Shown in pieces: positions 38,001 to 49,339 of a stretch of DNA of 64,000 nucleotides. The notes under the pieces are model-generated. The model saw only the letters and a program-made list of their open reading frames with translations. It did not search any database and had not been told where the DNA came from. Location: NCBI GenBank assembly GCA_001687465.1, contig LVLI01000388.1, positions 1-64,000 on the forward strand. Reading direction: 5' to 3'. The first letter of the stretch is position 1. Every line of letters begins with the position of its first letter. Source of the stretch: Halocafeteria seosinensis (taxonomy: Eukaryota). A program made the position numbers and the translations under genes.

Positions 38001-39607
38001 CTATCGAGGGTGATCTCCCTGCCACGCTTGATTATCTAAACCCCTACGGCGTTTTCGGCTCCCCTTTCGCCCTGAGAGTTGATGAGAATGTTCAGGATGC
38101 CAATTCTTCCATAGCGTTTGGAGACGCTACCAAGCGAGCCGTTGCGGGACAGATCAGTACATTCTTTATACAAACAATAGATACCTTCGGAAACAATAGA
38201 TCTTCGCCACAGACTGGAGGAATATCAGGGTATCTTGAACGGAAAGCAGGACTCTCCCAATCTGACGTATCTCCAGAACCTCCCGTACCATTTGTGGTAG
38301 AGTTCAGTACAGAATACGAGGGGAACGGTATCTACAGAGCCACATACGAAACAAAAGTTGCCGGCATATATTCTCTGATAATGCGCATTGGAGTCAAAGA
38401 CATTCATATCAACGATGATCTCATTATAGTTGACGAAGTTGCCGCGGCGCAGGAGAGCGTCATAGACCGAAGCGCACGCTCGCAAACATTGACAGTGGGC
38501 ACTCCTAATGTTTTTAAAGTAAATTTAAGGGACAGGTTCGGCAACCCTTTGACAAGGGTCGGGGATAAATTGATAGCGCGGGCCCGTGGACCTGGAGGAG
38601 GAGAAACTACGTACATTCTTAACGTTACAGATGCTCTGGACCCGCACAATCCACCTGTAGCACCGGTCGAGCGTTGGTGGGAAAGCGGGAATACCCACCC
38701 TAAGCATGACTTGAGTACCCTAATAAGAGAAAATCCAGCAGGCACTGGTACGAGTAGCGGCAGCGGAAGAATCTTCATCGCCCGCAGTGAGGAATGGTCA
38801 CGAAGATACGTTGGGTTTTGGCCAGACTCGCCAGGGCTGTATGAAATCGATATAAGTCTGGCAACAGGCATCGGAACCGGAGAAAAGCATAACACTCTCA
38901 CACGGGGCCTGCTAGGAGAGTACTTTCCAAACCTGTTATGGACAGGAAATCCCGCCGTGACGAGAGTCGACACAGCTTCAATTTTTGGGTGGGCAGCCGG
39001 AGATGTAGTCACAGCAGAAGCATTTCATTTTTCCCCTGAATTCCGTCGTGCAACCATAAACGGTACAAATATGGTTGGAGAAACTGTAGGAGCAAGGGCG
39101 AGGGAGATGTTCAGTCTTCTGGAAAGTGTCAATCGTACTACAGCTCACTTTCCGCACCCAAGGCACACGTCAGGACAGGATTTTGGCGATCAAGGAGCGA
39201 GCGGACCGTTTTTCCAGTTTGCTGACAAAAGACTGTCAATAAGATGGACCGGTTACATCGAGGCACCAGCGACAGCTTTGTACAGCTTTTTGGTCAACGC
39301 CCGGACCCGATTAAGGTTGTCAGTAGAGGAAGAAATTGTTATTGACACGTGGAACTGTAACAAGTCGGTAGCCGCCGGTCAATACTCTCAGGCTCTGCGA
39401 AAAGGGCAACTCTACAAACTTAGAATTGAGTACCAGTTCGAGAGTGGGCCATTTGCTCTCAGCGTAGCTTGGTCCTGGAAGGGTGACATCGATGCAGACT
39501 CAAGAGGTTTCCTACCTCTGGATAATGCGTTTTTGTTTCCGTTCTCAGTCCCAATTGCTGGTAGCCCACTCAGGATGACAGCAGCAACTAACTCCACCGG
39601 GCTCTAG
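32089..39607 (+). CDS. Giant secreted protein: EGF-like/Cys-rich, Calx-beta, three PA14-like domains, many filamin-type Ig repeats
   Basis: Hydrophobic N-terminus; CYCFEGYTGVDC, CPNDCSGGGAC; IHDDVDVESNETF; three GLxGxYF...SxxW(S/T)G blocks; repeated DxxGN and GSPF; introns 32363-32430 and 32806-32873. Confidence 0.88.
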
Positions 39608-39658
39608 CATCGCAGCGTTACAAGGAAAAGTGGGTGTGCTTACACAAATCAACAGCTG

Positions 39659-42600
39659 TTAACTCGCCGTTTTCCTAAGACTAAACCAATTGTTGAAGTC
39701 CAAGCGGGTGAGCAGGGCGGCGAAAGCCCGGGTGTTATCTACATCCGTGTCCGAGACGGCAGGAGATAGGGCGGAGGACATTTCGAAAAGAAACTTACAT
39801 TCGTGTTCAAAGCGACGCTGCAAATCATTCACTTTATCCTCAAAATCCGATGACTGACTATAGTATCCGTTTTCCGAAAACAGATACGGTATAAGCTCCT
39901 GAAACTCGAAGGCTATTGAGAGTATTTTCGTTATACTGTTTGCTACCATTCGATTGCCTAGAAAGGACTTCTGTATGACTGAGTGTATAAATGCGTTGTG
40001 TGCTCTCATTAGAGATTCAAAGTTGGTGGCCTCCTCTATAGTTTGCAACAGTTTGGAATACGCGCTGTCGATGACATCAATTTGCATGTAATAGTAAAGC
40101 ATTTCGATAGTAAACGTAATCCGGTATCGCAAGAGCCAAAAGTCTTGACTGATACGTCCACTGTTTACACTTGCATTCCTGGACACCGGCAAGAGCCGCT
40201 TCCACCTGCATTTAAGACAACAGTACGTATTAGAATCAGCTCATTCCATATTCGAGTCATTAGCTTACCAATAATTCAATCTACATAAGCAGCGACGAAT
40301 GCTGAAAAGGTATCTAAACAGTTCTTCATATACATGATTCAGACGCGAACCAAAGACCAGCGACTGAGGCCATGGCACTTTGTAGCGCTGCGGACCACGA
40401 ACAAAATTGTCAACAGCACCTCGGAAATCGTTGCACAAATGCAATGAAACCTTACCACTACCAAGGAACCATGTTTCTCAAAGTAGGAATGGCTAGAAGT
40501 GAACTGCCACTTGGCCACACACGCTATGCCATGACGGGGTACCTGCGCCCCCAATCCCACATATGCCCCAGTTGCAGCGGGGCCAGTATGTAGGTATGTT
40601 TCCATGTCTCCTCTCCAATTAAGGTTTATGCTCTCTACGTTTGTCGTCGAGGCATGCAAGGGACTTAGAGAGAACTGAATCTGACCATCTGTGGAGGGAG
40701 ACTGACTAAAACTAAATTGAGTATGCAGCGAAATTGCCCAGTCTACTTCATCTGCAGAGCCTCCCTTCGTTTCTGCTCGGAGACGGCAGTTGGCAGATGT
40801 AATATACTCTCTGTTGTTCCCTTTACCCGTATTACTCCCGTAGTTAAAAACGTCACATGCACACTTCAATGTAACAACCCGCCTCTCAATGAACAAAGGA
40901 GTAAATGTCAGAGCCGCGACTATACTGGGGCAACCGAAATCTCCCACTCCCTCAAATCGAGGAAGCAAATACTGGCCACGAGTATCAGTGTGAATGATAA
41001 TCCAAATATTTGCAGATCCAACTGATGCATTGTTAATCTCCTGCGAGGAGCACCGTCCTGCAAGACCTAGAGTGGAGTGCATCCGGAATCCCTTATTCAA
41101 CTTAACAGTATCTTTAAACCACGTAACACCATTGGGACGGGAGTCACACTTCTCGTCTGCAGCTGCTAAGCAAAGTCCGTGAGAACGGAGAGCCCCACCC
41201 TGTTTGTTTTCATCTCCCGGTTGTTCGATCCCGCTGTCATTTCCGTATAGTATCATCTTAAGCGACGCTTTGAAGTCCCTCGAAAACTGCTTAGGCACGT
41301 CTGCATTGGTTGTCTCCATACTAGCCCCCGCCTGACCAAACAACAAACCAAACGACTGAACCAAAACTACTACATCAACGTTGGCGAAACATTCATCCTG
41401 GTTGGCGGAGCTCAGTAAAGCCGAAGCCGCCCAAGGACCTTCTCTTATTTCTTCCTCAATGGTTGGTACAAGAGTGGTAGATCTCAACAAAGCCGATTGA
41501 GAATCGGTGGATTCCGAATAGCCCGAAGTTGACGAGGCAGGCTTGAGCTTATCCAGAAGGGGCTCAACTTGCTCGATAAAAGCACGATAAAGTTCCCCTC
41601 GGCCTAGGAGCATATAGTTTCGCATGGCCGCAAAATGCTTCTGCAGACCACCATTCTTCTTTAGTACAGTGAGAATTCGGTTCTGTATCAGTGCTCCCAT
41701 ACGCTGAAAAGCGCACTCAAATGCTAGAGGATCGTGCGTCGGTTGCGCTTGAAAAAACTGTAAAATGCGAGTAAAGGGGCTACAGTAATCTTCCGCGCAG
41801 GACGTTTGTACATCCATACTGTCCACACTACCGCTCTGCTGCTCCCGTTCCTGGCGCAGCAGCCTAGTTGCTTTGCCCATGAAAAATATTCTGAGAGCTA
41901 AATCGTCTTCAATTATGCATTGAGGCACAGATTGCCAGTCAATATAGAATCTGTGGGACCATTCAAATGCCCGAACTGCAGTAAGATGTGGCAACATAGT
42001 TCTGGGGCTTATAAAATGGTTTCACATCGTGTACACAACAAATGGTGCGCATACCTTCACCTGGCAATGCAACCGCATTCACTTTGCGGTTTTGAGCACA
42101 CAAGATATGACGAGCGTCGAGGCGCTCCTTGATAAAGAACTCATACGTCGGGTCTATAATCTCCCCGTGAGTAACCCATGAAGATATCTGCTGAATGATC
42201 GTTCTCCTCAATGGTCGCGCAAGTCTGCAAATGGTAATCAACATAGGCAGAGAATGAATGATTTATTCCACACGTTGTCTACGAGTATTACACACATTTG
42301 AAGGCATTCTCGTTGGGCCATCGTGACTTTCTCCATTTGGGAATACATTGCATCCAAGATCTGTCCTCCGGGGTAATGATGGGAGTCCAAATCTTCAAGA
42401 AAGCGTCCAATGGTAGAAAATTGTTCCCTATAGGGCTCCACTTGTGCCCACGCATATGATAACGTGATAGAATCCTGCTCCAACACTTCAGCTTCGAGGT
42501 CCAAGATATGTTTCTCGTACTTTCGTAAAATCATTTTGTCCAGACCTTCCAGGATGACACTCCGATATATCGACGTCCATTCTCGGCCCGTCTGAGCCGC

Positions 42601-43086
42601 ATAGGCCTGGATATTACCCTCTACATCTTCAGTGGTTTCAGGAGTATTTTGGGTTCCTAGCTCAGTGCCTTCTGTCTCCAATAGCAGTCCCTGCTCACCT
42701 TTAATAGCCAATCTACCATGCTCTTTGGTTGAATGAGCGTGTCTCCTCGACCTTGTGTATGATTTAAGTGTGCTGTATTGTTTTCCTAAAGCAATAAACT
42801 GCTCCAAAAATGCTCTACCACTGTAGTCAGGGCCAGTTCCCGGCCCCTCTCTGTGCTCTTTTCCTTCTTGTATTGATTCTTTCAGCAATCTCGATACCAT
42901 ATCATTATAATCATCGTCCTCTCCTGTGTCTGCAGTTTCAGAAATGGTGGCGGTCATCCTTCGAGAGTCCCCAGAAGAGACATCCAGGGAGGATGTTTCC
43001 GCGTAGGCATCCGCCGTGAGCGCAGCATCCTCCCACTCCCCTTCACCCAGAAGCCATAAAAACACCTCCCGGATGATGAATTTCAT
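39659..43086 (-). CDS. TUBGCP4: Gamma-tubulin complex component 4 with a large insertion
   Basis: IIREVFLWLLG, SWVTHGEIIDPTYEFFI, YMLLGRGELYRAFI, YYMQIDVIDSAY, LLTRLDFNNWF; multi-exon. Confidence 0.82.
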
Positions 43087-43331
43087 ATCACCCACACATA
43101 CACTGACCTACCCAAAACCCGATTTAATGAAGGTAAAGCAACCAACCAACAATTCACTGGTATCAATAACATGTCATGTGAATATACTCTTGTGTACTGT
43201 ATGTAGTATTTTAAATGAAGCTTGTAACTTAAGCGTTAGTGGAATTCAAAAAACCCAAACTCTTTGAAATCTTGCTGCTCTCCTCTTTTGTAGTAAAAAG
43301 ATGCAAATATACGTCATGAAAATAAAGTCGC

Positions 43332-45377
43332 TCAGCGATAAGGAACCCGGTCTAGTTTTGTTAGATTCGGTAAATGTCCTATGGCGTCTTCGGTAATTGC
43401 GGTCTGTCCGCAACAACTAATGTCGAGTTCGCGCAACCGACGCAAGTGCGTAAATGCCTCATTTGTGATCGTTTGCTGATGGCAGCTTTGCATATCCAGT
43501 CTCGTCAGTTTTCGTAAATGGCGGAAGCCGTAATCGGTGAGCGTATCCTGGCTGCAGTTAGAGATGTCTAACAATTCCAAGTGCCAGAGGTGTCGTAAGC
43601 TTTCGTCTGTAATCGTCCGCTGCTGACAACCGTCAAGGTGTAACACTCGTAACTGTGAGAGGTGACGGAACGCTTCGTCACCCACAGAACTCTGACAGCA
43701 CTTGGACATATCCAGCAACTTGAGGTTGGTAAGATGCACGAATGCCGAATTTGTTATTGTTGGTTGGTCACACTTTGACATTATCAACGTCTTAAGCCTA
43801 TGCAGTCCTTGAAATGCCTCGTCGGTTATAGTGGGCTGATTGCATCCCTTCATAACCAGACAAGTCAAGTTATTTAATTGTTGGAATGATGCATCCGTAA
43901 TAGTGGTCGCGTTACAGTAACTCATTCGTAGCTCTTTTAAACTACTCAGACGGACGAGCGCCGAGTCTGCGAGTGCATTAGCCTTGCACTCAGAAATATC
44001 CAGTTCCTGAAGCCTTGTGAGCGGAGCAAACAGAGAAACGCTGAACGGTTCCCCGGTGTAGCCACGAATGTCTAGTGTAGCAAGATTCGGAAAATTATCA
44101 AATATATCAGCGTTCGCGAGCGAACAATGTAGAGGTCTTGACATGTCCAAGTGTGTCAATGCGGTGAGTTTACCAAACGAATTCTTGTGATACGTACATC
44201 GTGACATTCTCCATGACTTCAGAGTCTTTGCAAAGCTCGAAATGGCCAGAACGAGTGATACACGTTGACAACTGCTCATATCAATCTCTCTCAGGTGCGG
44301 CAAGTGAGTGAGAGCACGCTCATTTATCTGATTGCATCCGTTCATGGTCAAACTTTGTATGCGGGGAACGTGAGGGAACAGCTTTTCGCTAAGTGTCTCC
44401 TGTGTACAATGATTGATATCGAGCGCTGTTAAATTCTCAAGACGGCTAAACGCGTCATCAGTTAGGGTAGTCTGGGAACACCAGGGCAAGTGCAACCGCC
44501 GAAGACTGGAAAGATGGCAAATCCCAGCATCACCTAGCCCTTCTTGGTCACAGTGTCCCATATCCAACATCGTAAGATGCCTAAGGGGCCGAAACGCTTC
44601 GTTGGTAATGGTTGATTGACAGCACTCCCTCATTTCCAAATGTCGAAGATTCGACAATCTCTGAAAGGCGGAGTCCGAAAGGGTATCTTGACGACAATTA
44701 TTCATGATAAGACACCGCAAGTTTGCGAGATGTTCGAAGGCTCTATCGGAAATGGTCGTTTGATTGCACCTACTCATATCCAGTGTCCTTAAGTAAACAA
44801 GATTTTCAAATGCTTCGTCCGTAATTTCGGGTTGACTGCACCAGCTGATATCCAAGAAGGTTATATGCGAGAGGTGGTGAAATGCTGAGTCCGTGATCAG
44901 GCGGTTGCCCCTCAGCGAAACAGAACTGATATTCGAGTTGCTTACTTCCGTGAGCGCGAAGTCAACGCTATCTCTCTCAGCACCGGAGAAATCGGTCACA
45001 TCGCTAAAACTTTCATTCATAAAGCCCAGAACATTTTGTTGCTCCCTTTGTACCATCTTTAAGCGACCTGCGAAGTTTGGCAACTTGTCCTGGAGTTGCT
45101 TGTGTAAAATGGCAGCTTCGGGAGCTACCAAAGTGTGCCGAGCCCAGGGTAAATGGCTGGCAAAAGATCGACTCGTGATTTTTTGAGGCACCCACTGTAA
45201 ACAGTCAAAGGAGTTTACGGGGCCATTTTCCACATACATCCAATATAGGACATCCATGCTCACATCATGCCCCTTGGAGTGGAATTGGTACCATTCGATG
45301 TACAGTCTCAGGATTAACATAATGCTTGCTTCCGTCGCGTGCGTAGTTCTTTGGTCAGTACCAACTAGCGAACTCAT
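43332..45377 (-). CDS. Cys-containing leucine-rich repeat protein (about 25-aa repeats), intronless
   Basis: Roughly 20 repeats of ITDEAFxHLxxLxxLDMSxCxQxT. Confidence 0.9.
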   Translation of the reverse strand: MSSLVGTDQRTTHATEASIMLILRLYIEWYQFHSKGHDVSMDVLYWMYVENGPVNSFDCLQWVPQKITSRSFASHLPWARHTLVAPEAAILHKQLQDKLPNFAGRLKMVQREQQNVLGFMNESFSDVTDFSGAERDSVDFALTEVSNSNISSVSLRGNRLITDSAFHHLSHITFLDISWCSQPEITDEAFENLVYLRTLDMSRCNQTTISDRAFEHLANLRCLIMNNCRQDTLSDSAFQRLSNLRHLEMRECCQSTITNEAFRPLRHLTMLDMGHCDQEGLGDAGICHLSSLRRLHLPWCSQTTLTDDAFSRLENLTALDINHCTQETLSEKLFPHVPRIQSLTMNGCNQINERALTHLPHLREIDMSSCQRVSLVLAISSFAKTLKSWRMSRCTYHKNSFGKLTALTHLDMSRPLHCSLANADIFDNFPNLATLDIRGYTGEPFSVSLFAPLTRLQELDISECKANALADSALVRLSSLKELRMSYCNATTITDASFQQLNNLTCLVMKGCNQPTITDEAFQGLHRLKTLIMSKCDQPTITNSAFVHLTNLKLLDMSKCCQSSVGDEAFRHLSQLRVLHLDGCQQRTITDESLRHLWHLELLDISNCSQDTLTDYGFRHLRKLTRLDMQSCHQQTITNEAFTHLRRLRELDISCCGQTAITEDAIGHLPNLTKLDRVPYR

Positions 45378-46792
45378 AGATCCTCATGCGAGACGGACGA
45401 AGAAAATTTTGCCACACTTCGCAATTCCACAGTGGCGAAATACCGGGTAGAAGGGTGAGAACATTCAGAGTTCGCTGAACCCGCCCAGTAGAGGAGAAGG
45501 GCGAGTTGCTGCTACCACTTCAGTCTGCACTACCACGACTCGTTGATTCCAAAGCGATATATGGAAAACCCCTAGGAACGAAGGATCTAGCACTGTCTGA
45601 ACATACAGCACATGCATTGCGTGGTCTTCTGGTTGAAGTTGGCGTCAGCGAGCAAGGAGCAACTACAGTACACTTGTGGTATATGGAGAACAGAACCACA
45701 CTTGGTTGTAACCCCAAATTGGTGGCACTAAAAAGAAGCATGGAAAGCAGGAATAGAACTGCAGGCCACGGTGAGAATATTGACCAACTCAATCTTTAAG
45801 ACAACCCAACTACAGGCTTCGCACCCTCAAAACCGGACCTTAATGAAACATCGCTGATGAAAGGTCGCTGGGAGAGTTCACGTGTGTACGGGTATTGCTC
45901 AGACCGGAAGACGTGTCGAGTTCACCCAAGAAATGGCCGACATGGTAAAGATATTTTCCACTGAAATGGTTGTAAACGGGAAGCCCTTGCTCTTCGTCAT
46001 CAGGGAACCTGCTTGAAGGCAAGCAGCAGCTTCCCAGTGGGAACAGTTTCGTTCAAAGAGTCCAAAACTTCGTCAAAGGGTCTTCAACAAGCCTTTTCAA
46101 GATGGGGAGACGATGCCGTCTTTGCCGGTGGAACCCTCGACGTCTTCCTCCCATGCCTGGACGAAATGTCCACAGGTCATTCACGCAAGAGATATGTAGT
46201 CAACCAGTGCAACTACCAACTACTACTGTAGGTACAAGTTGTAGTCCCGGTGTGCGAATTCGAATAAATTCTTCATACAGCTACATATGTATGTATGTAA
46301 CGGCTTCATTACAGGGCAATGCTGGCATGTCGGAAACCATTCGAAGGGTTAATGACAATGTATCCAAGAAGAGTGGTATGGAATCTCCCAAAAAGGCGTA
46401 CCCAGAAGCTTACTCCAGCCTCCCGTCCCTTAATTTCCCCCATCGACCGAGATACTGCGAGGGTACAACTAGAACTCATGCGACTCAAGTGACACTCGTA
46501 TGATAGACCGCCCATCTGACAGCTACTGTCTGTACTCTGTGTTTCGTGAAAACTCCAAGTCTACCACACGCGTACCCGACTATAACATGCAGTCTGTACT
46601 GTAAAGAACCCGCAACTATGTATTCAATACGACCGGACATCAACTACTGAGCCCAGGTGAACCATCCTTTGTACACACTTCAAGCTCTATTCAATTTGAA
46701 TCTTCTTAAAATGTTGCCCAGTTTATTTCAACAATAGCAAAGTGATTTGAAGAGCCCTGGAGCTGGAGCAAAGTAAACATGCAAACAAATGA

Positions 46793-49250
46793 TCAAGAGT
46801 TGTGATCTCCTCTAGTGGGAAGCTGTCCAAATCTGGGGCTCTCAGATATCCACTGCAGCTCATCTAATGATACGGGGCAAAGGTCGGAGTATAACAAGCT
46901 TTGGTCCCCGTTCACACGTTTGCTTAAAGAGCCAACTTCACTGGTTTCCCCCTTGCCATCTTCTACAGCAATCATAAATTCGTAGGCGGGGTTATAGTGA
47001 GTCTTCTTAAAGGGGCCTAACGGGCGCGAAGTAAAGTGCTCCTCGTCAAGGAATACTGAAAGTTCCTCCCGCGGCTTCTTTTGAGAACTTTCTTGGCTCT
47101 CTTCGACTGTGGATTCAGGCGACTGTCGTTTACCGGATCTTCCATGGTCAATTGCTGGAGAAGAGGCAGTGTGCTTTGCTACGTCTTCACTCACTACCGA
47201 TCCAAGTCGCTTGCAAATGGCTCTCTCAACGTCATCCACCCGAGCACCGTATTCTCCAATATCATGCTTGAGTTGAGATTTCGGAGAGACAGAGAACGCA
47301 GGCAACGAGGGAAACCGAGCGCGTCCGTTGGACGACAACTTTGCAGACATCGCGTACTGTGGATAGTCATAGTTTCTGCCACTCCCAATACTCATTACTG
47401 TATCTCCCCGCTCCGCAACCCAAACAGCACCAGGCTGGCCAAGATGTGCTGCTGTATATCTCGAGTGACTTCTACCACGAACCCTCTCTAGCTTTGCTTC
47501 TCGGACAAACACAGAAAACTGCGACTCCCTATACCTTTGTTTTTGACTGTGCTGATGTTCCTTTTCATTCTCTATGTGATGCGCCGCAGAAGACATCTCC
47601 GCGCTGTTACCATTGCCTGCTTGAGCATTGGCGGAAGATGGGGGTTTGGAGCAGCCGCTTTCATCTGGCTGGTCCGCAGAATCTGTATTGGTCGATGAGA
47701 GGACTCTCGCTTTTTCGTGGATGCTCTTGTATTTCTCCAAAATGTTTGCTGCTGATTCTGAGTCCAAACCTTGATGGTCACTGTAGTAAACATCCGCAGC
47801 AGTTAGCTTGTTTCCAGGTAGCACTTGTAGCGAGGAAGCAGTTTCTTTTCGATACTCTTTTGCCAGATCTACTAGCTTTTCTCCAGCACTTGTGGGATTC
47901 TGCTCAACCACCTGAACGGCATCGTCAACGGCTTTCCAAAGTACGTCTTCGTGAATGTCTTCCAAGCCTACATATTCCACAGTCTTCGTAGTTCTCCAAG
48001 GAGGAATCATCCCAAATAAAAAGCTTGGGACGGTACGGCTTGTTACTGGTTTCTCCTCGTGCTCTTTCAACATAAACTCAAAGCTGGCCTGAGACGGCAA
48101 CTTATGTTTCTCAATGGTATTCGTGGATATCGTATAAAACGGCGCAATAATTGGGGACGAGAGGTTATTACGGGCGTGGTACTCTACTTGCAACTCCGGG
48201 CACTTCATGTTACAAGCATGAATCCATGACGAGTTAGCCGGTGATACTCCTTTCCATGCCACTAAGTATTCCAAGTGATTCTTCTGCGGAGTCGTATGAA
48301 TACCGCGACTGTCTTCCTATCCAACAGAGTCATACACATGCTTACCTCAGTAAATCGGTGGCTTATTATTCCGACTACCTCATGGCAATAATACACGATA
48401 CCATCGCATCCATAAAATCCTCCTTCGACAGCAGCATGCTCAAGTGGCGTAGGAGCCGTAGTCTTCTTCAGTTCTTCTCGAGTAGCTTCTTTACCATGGC
48501 GCGCAACATGCTCAAAGATTCTCAGTCGCCTAAGGTGCACTTCGACATCATCTTGATACACCTTTTTACGAGGTCCTTTACGTGCCGGGGTGATTAACTT
48601 CCCTTTGTATCGCACCGTCCTTGAGGAATCAAGCCAATGAGCCAGTAGGTCCTGAATCCGTTGAATCTCTTCCGGGGTCCCACGAATAGCCCCGGTGACA
48701 AATTGGTTTAACTTCTTTTCGCTGCAGGGCACATAGAAATATAGTCATGTGTTAAGAAACAGACGAGACAGACAGAATGTTGAGAGCTGCAAGGCATGAC
48801 GTGAGCTTACCTGAGGCCTAGCATGTCAGCCACCACCTTCAATGGCACCCCCGCTGCTTTGAGGGATCCTTTGACCTGCAATCATCATATTTCCCAAATA
48901 GAATAGAAAATGAAAAAAATGGAGTGAAATATGATGTCTAATGCACCCCATACGTCGTCTTGCACTCTCTTGGAGATTTTCAGCCCTCCCGGCTGCTGTT
49001 GCACTTGGTTGGCCGCCATACTGCAGTGGTTCTATCCATCTATCCTTCATTAATAAATGAGGTTGTACCGTATCATCCAGGAACCTCGACGGGCCGACGA
49101 CGGCACGACTGTACAAATCGACAAATTGCAGTACAATGTACAAACGACACTGTGAAGCAATTTGACTTGAAGCCTTTTGTTGAATACCGGTATCATACCC
49201 GGCGGTATGCCTGGAGTTGACTGTTTGTTGCGCCACAGTTTCCTTGTCCA
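46793..49250 (-). CDS. Chromodomain-containing protein
   Basis: HEVVGIISHRFTE followed after an intron by EYLVAWKGVSPANSSWIHACNMKCPELQVEY; start approximate. Confidence 0.7.
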
Positions 49251-49339
49251 TTTTAGTTTCCTCTTGATGGTCTGGCCATGACTCGGGAGAAACATTGTCT
49301 TCCTCCTCCTGGCATCCAATACACAGCTTGCTGGGGACC

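Noticed and set aside
45450..46700. About 1.2 kb with short ORFs on both strands
   Set aside because: Some frames look like decayed coding sequence but no family, repeat or RNA structure could be supported
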